DNA of 64,000 nucleotides from Plasmodiophora brassicae (Eukaryota): NCBI GenBank assembly GCA_036867785.1, contig CP145414.1, positions 1,116,001 to 1,180,000 of the forward strand, read 5' to 3'. Shown piece by piece: positions 61,176 to 64,000 of this stretch (position 1 is its first letter; each line of letters starts with the position of its first letter). The notes under the pieces were generated by a model. It saw only the letters and a program-made list of their open reading frames with translations, ran no database searches and was not told where the DNA came from. The position numbers and the translations under genes were made by a program.

Positions 61176-62861
61176 ATGTGGCACGTAACGCGTGGTCGTC
61201 GTGTGGCGGTGTCGTCGTTCCAGTCGATCATTCGACGGGGTTTTGCAACATCGACGACGACGATGACGCACGACGCGAAGGTCGACGAGAGCAGCCGCAT
61301 CAAGGTGGGTCGAAGGGAAGCGCGGCGCACGCCAAGGGTCCGATGATCGGTGGGTTCCAGGTCGGGCAGCTGGACGTGCCGCCCCGTGTGCTGTTGGGCC
61401 CTGGGCCGTCGAACGCGCACCCGCGCGTCCTGCAGGCGCTGTCGATGCGACAGATCGGGCACCTGGACCCGAAGTTCATTGACATCATGTCGGAGAACCA
61501 GCAACTGTTGCGCTATGCATTCCAGACAAAGAACAAGGTTGGTCCCGTTATTCACTGTTGACGTCGTTTCGTTATTGACGCGTTCGCTACCAGGTAACGA
61601 TCCCCGTCTCCGGAACCGGCTCTGCGGCCATGGAAGCCTGCTTCGCGAACCTCGTCGAACCTGGTGATACAGGTCTCCCGTCCGCTGCCGGCCTGCGTAT
61701 CTGCACCTGATTCGTGCGCGCTCGATCAGTGCTTGTCTTCACTGCAGGGTACTTTGCCCTGCGGATGATTGACATGGCAGAGCGGTATGGCGGCAAGGTC
61801 GCCAAGGTGGTGAAACCGTGGGGCAGCGCCTTCACACTTGATGAAATCCGTGCTGGCCTTGAACAGTACTCGCCCAAGATTGTCGGCATCGTCCATGCGG
61901 TACAAATTCGGTCACCGGCGTCCCGTGCAGTGGTACTGAATGTGCTATAGGACACGAGTACCGGAGTCCTGCAGCCAATGGAAGGCGTCGGCGAACTCGT
62001 CCACAAGCACAATGCGTTGCTCATCCTCGACACGGTGACCAGCCTTGGCGGCATACCGTTATTCATCGATCAATGGGATGTCGACGCGGCTTACTCTGGT
62101 AGCCAGAAATGCCTGTCGTGCCCGCCAGGTTGGTACACTGCGGCCCCGTTTCGCAGTCAGCCTTTGAGCTGAAACTCATCATCTCAGGAATTGCCCCTGT
62201 AACGCTTAATGATCGCGCAATGCAGAAGGTCAACAACCGCAAATCTAAGGTGGGTTGACCCTGAGATCGCGTCGCATTCGCCTGATCCACTGGCCAGGTC
62301 GCCAATTGGTATCTGGACCTGACGATGGTCGGCAAATACTGGGGAAGTGAGCGCACGTACCATCACACGGCGCCCATCAACATGTATGTGCGGTGATGAG
62401 TCCCTTTGCCGATACGGTTCTCATGCCAGAATATCCAGGAACTATGCGCTCAGGGAAGCTCTTCGCTTAGTGAGCGAAGAAGGCCTGGAGGCGCGTTGGA
62501 AGCGTCATGCCGACAACGCTAAACTATTCGCGGCGCGCCTGAAGGACATTGGCCTAGAGTGTTTCATCCCCGAAGCGACTCGCCTGAGCACCTTGATATC
62601 TGTTACCGTTCCCAATGGCATCGATGCCAAGGCGGCCTGCAAGTACTGCCTGGACACCTTTAACGTCGAAATCGGCGGCGGCCTTGGCGAGCTCGCTGGC
62701 AAGATCTTCCGCGTTGGTACGACCTCTACGTGGAATCGGTTTCGCGATCCTTGTGCGTTGATTGTTCTCTTACAGGTCTCATGGGGTTCAACAGTCGGCG
62801 TGAGAACATTGAGCTGTGCTGTGCTGCTCTCAAGGCTGCTCTAGATGAGCAACGCAAGTAA
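61176..62861 (+). CDS. AGXT: Alanine-glyoxylate / serine-pyruvate aminotransferase (multi-exon)
   Basis: [45 protein letters not shown] (PLP Lys), YHHTAP and EIGGGLG. Confidence 0.93.
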
Positions 62862-62985
62862 CCGCGTTACGCCACTGGGCAATTAATACAGACCCGACAG
62901 TCCGGCCAGGATGCGTTGAGCGGGTTTCGCTGTCGTCGAATTACTAGAATGTGTAGAATATTACGACCAATGTGAATGAGGGCGA

Positions 62986-63600
62986 TCAGTAAACGGCGCC
63001 ACCGTCGTCCAGCGTGTACGGTATCTCAACGTAGTCATCGATGGGCAGTGGCTCTTCGCCCGTCCACCAGCGCCGAACATACTGGCCGATCACACTGAGC
63101 GGACCCGCTAAGGGCCCGTCGTTACCATCACTGTCGTACACGTCGTCAAGGTCCTCCAGGTACTCTAGCCGAAGCTGTGCATGGCGATGGCCTCGCGCGG
63201 CAGCCCTCCTGTAGAAATGCATCGCCAGGGCAGCATCGGCGACGATCGCATCGGATCCCTGTTCCAGCAGCCGCCCGACCTCAAACTCGGCATCGCGATG
63301 CCCACGAAGCGCCCGCCCAAACAGGCCACCTTGTGGACTTGCCCGGTCGATCAGCACGGACACAGCACGCCCAGCCATCCCCGACAGCGCCCGCAGTAGG
63401 CCAGGCAGGGCGGCGCCCGTTCCGGCACGCCGGCGCGCGGCGACCGGCTCGCACGCCATTTCACGCTCGACGGCGGCCCGGTCAACGATGACATACGTGC
63501 CCATGTCGCAGTACATCGTCAGCAGGCCCAGGTCCCGCGACATGGTCCCGTTGCCCCGTTCATGAAAAATGGCCGGCACCGACGCGGCGTCGCGCAACAA
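62986..63600 (-). CDS. Sel1-repeat-containing protein (start uncertain)
   Basis: GHRDAEFEVGRLLEQG...DAALAMHFYRRAAARGHRHAQLRL. Confidence 0.6.
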   Translation of the reverse strand: MLRDAASVPAIFHERGNGTMSRDLGLLTMYCDMGTYVIVDRAAVEREMACEPVAARRRAGTGAALPGLLRALSGMAGRAVSVLIDRASPQGGLFGRALRGHRDAEFEVGRLLEQGSDAIVADAALAMHFYRRAAARGHRHAQLRLEYLEDLDDVYDSDGNDGPLAGPLSVIGQYVRRWWTGEEPLPIDDYVEIPYTLDDGGAVY

Positions 63601-64000
63601 AGGCCTATACCCGCGCGAACTACTTCACGTGCCGCTGCCTCCGAGCCGAGCACTGGGGGGCATGCAGCTATAGCGGGTCAGCAGTCACGCACCGCCCTGG
63701 AATAGATGGCGATGGCGCCATCGGCGCGGATCGTCGAGGCATCGCTGTCGTGGTGCTAACGAAACCTGTCCGAAACGTGGACAGATGGCAGGAACGCTCG
63801 GTGCTGCTAGCCTGCTTGTTGCCACAAGCACTGTCACCCGGACGGTATGACGTGGTGCCGCCACATAAACACGGTAACCCACATGATGTATTGCAAGCGG
63901 TCATGGAGCCGGGCTGGTTGTCGGCTGCGAGGATTCGGTGGGGCCGCTCGTGGACGTGGACGATACAGGGTCGCAGGCAGGGCCACAGGATTTACCTTTC

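Noticed and set aside
63600-64000. ORF fragments at the window end
   Set aside because: Too short and unrecognisable.

Overview
Gene-dense, GC-rich eukaryotic DNA with many short (~50-60 nt) GT-AG introns. The gene content (IFT43, 7TM-RGS pair, CARMIL-like, Thg1-like) and compact layout suggest a flagellated protist, by inference a phytomyxid such as Plasmodiophora; this is not proven. About 35 protein genes and one dispersed 5S rRNA gene are recognisable. The standout is a complete 3.83-kb piggyBac-like DNA transposon (7835-11665) with 13-bp TIRs, a non-canonical TTAC target-site duplication and repeated TGGGATAAAA subterminal motifs. Its ~1057-aa spliced transposase carries an apparently intact YqaJ/lambda-exonuclease domain, itself containing a SAP domain, inserted between the 2nd and 3rd catalytic aspartates. 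Other notable structures: a 141-bp fold-back palindrome centred on TTAA inside an orphan region bounded by degenerate direct repeats (37.6-40.5 kb), an LRR receptor-like gene with one repeat per exon, and a small Cys-rich secreted protein. Spliced gene coordinates were assembled by eye and all family calls come from motif recognition; no database search was run.
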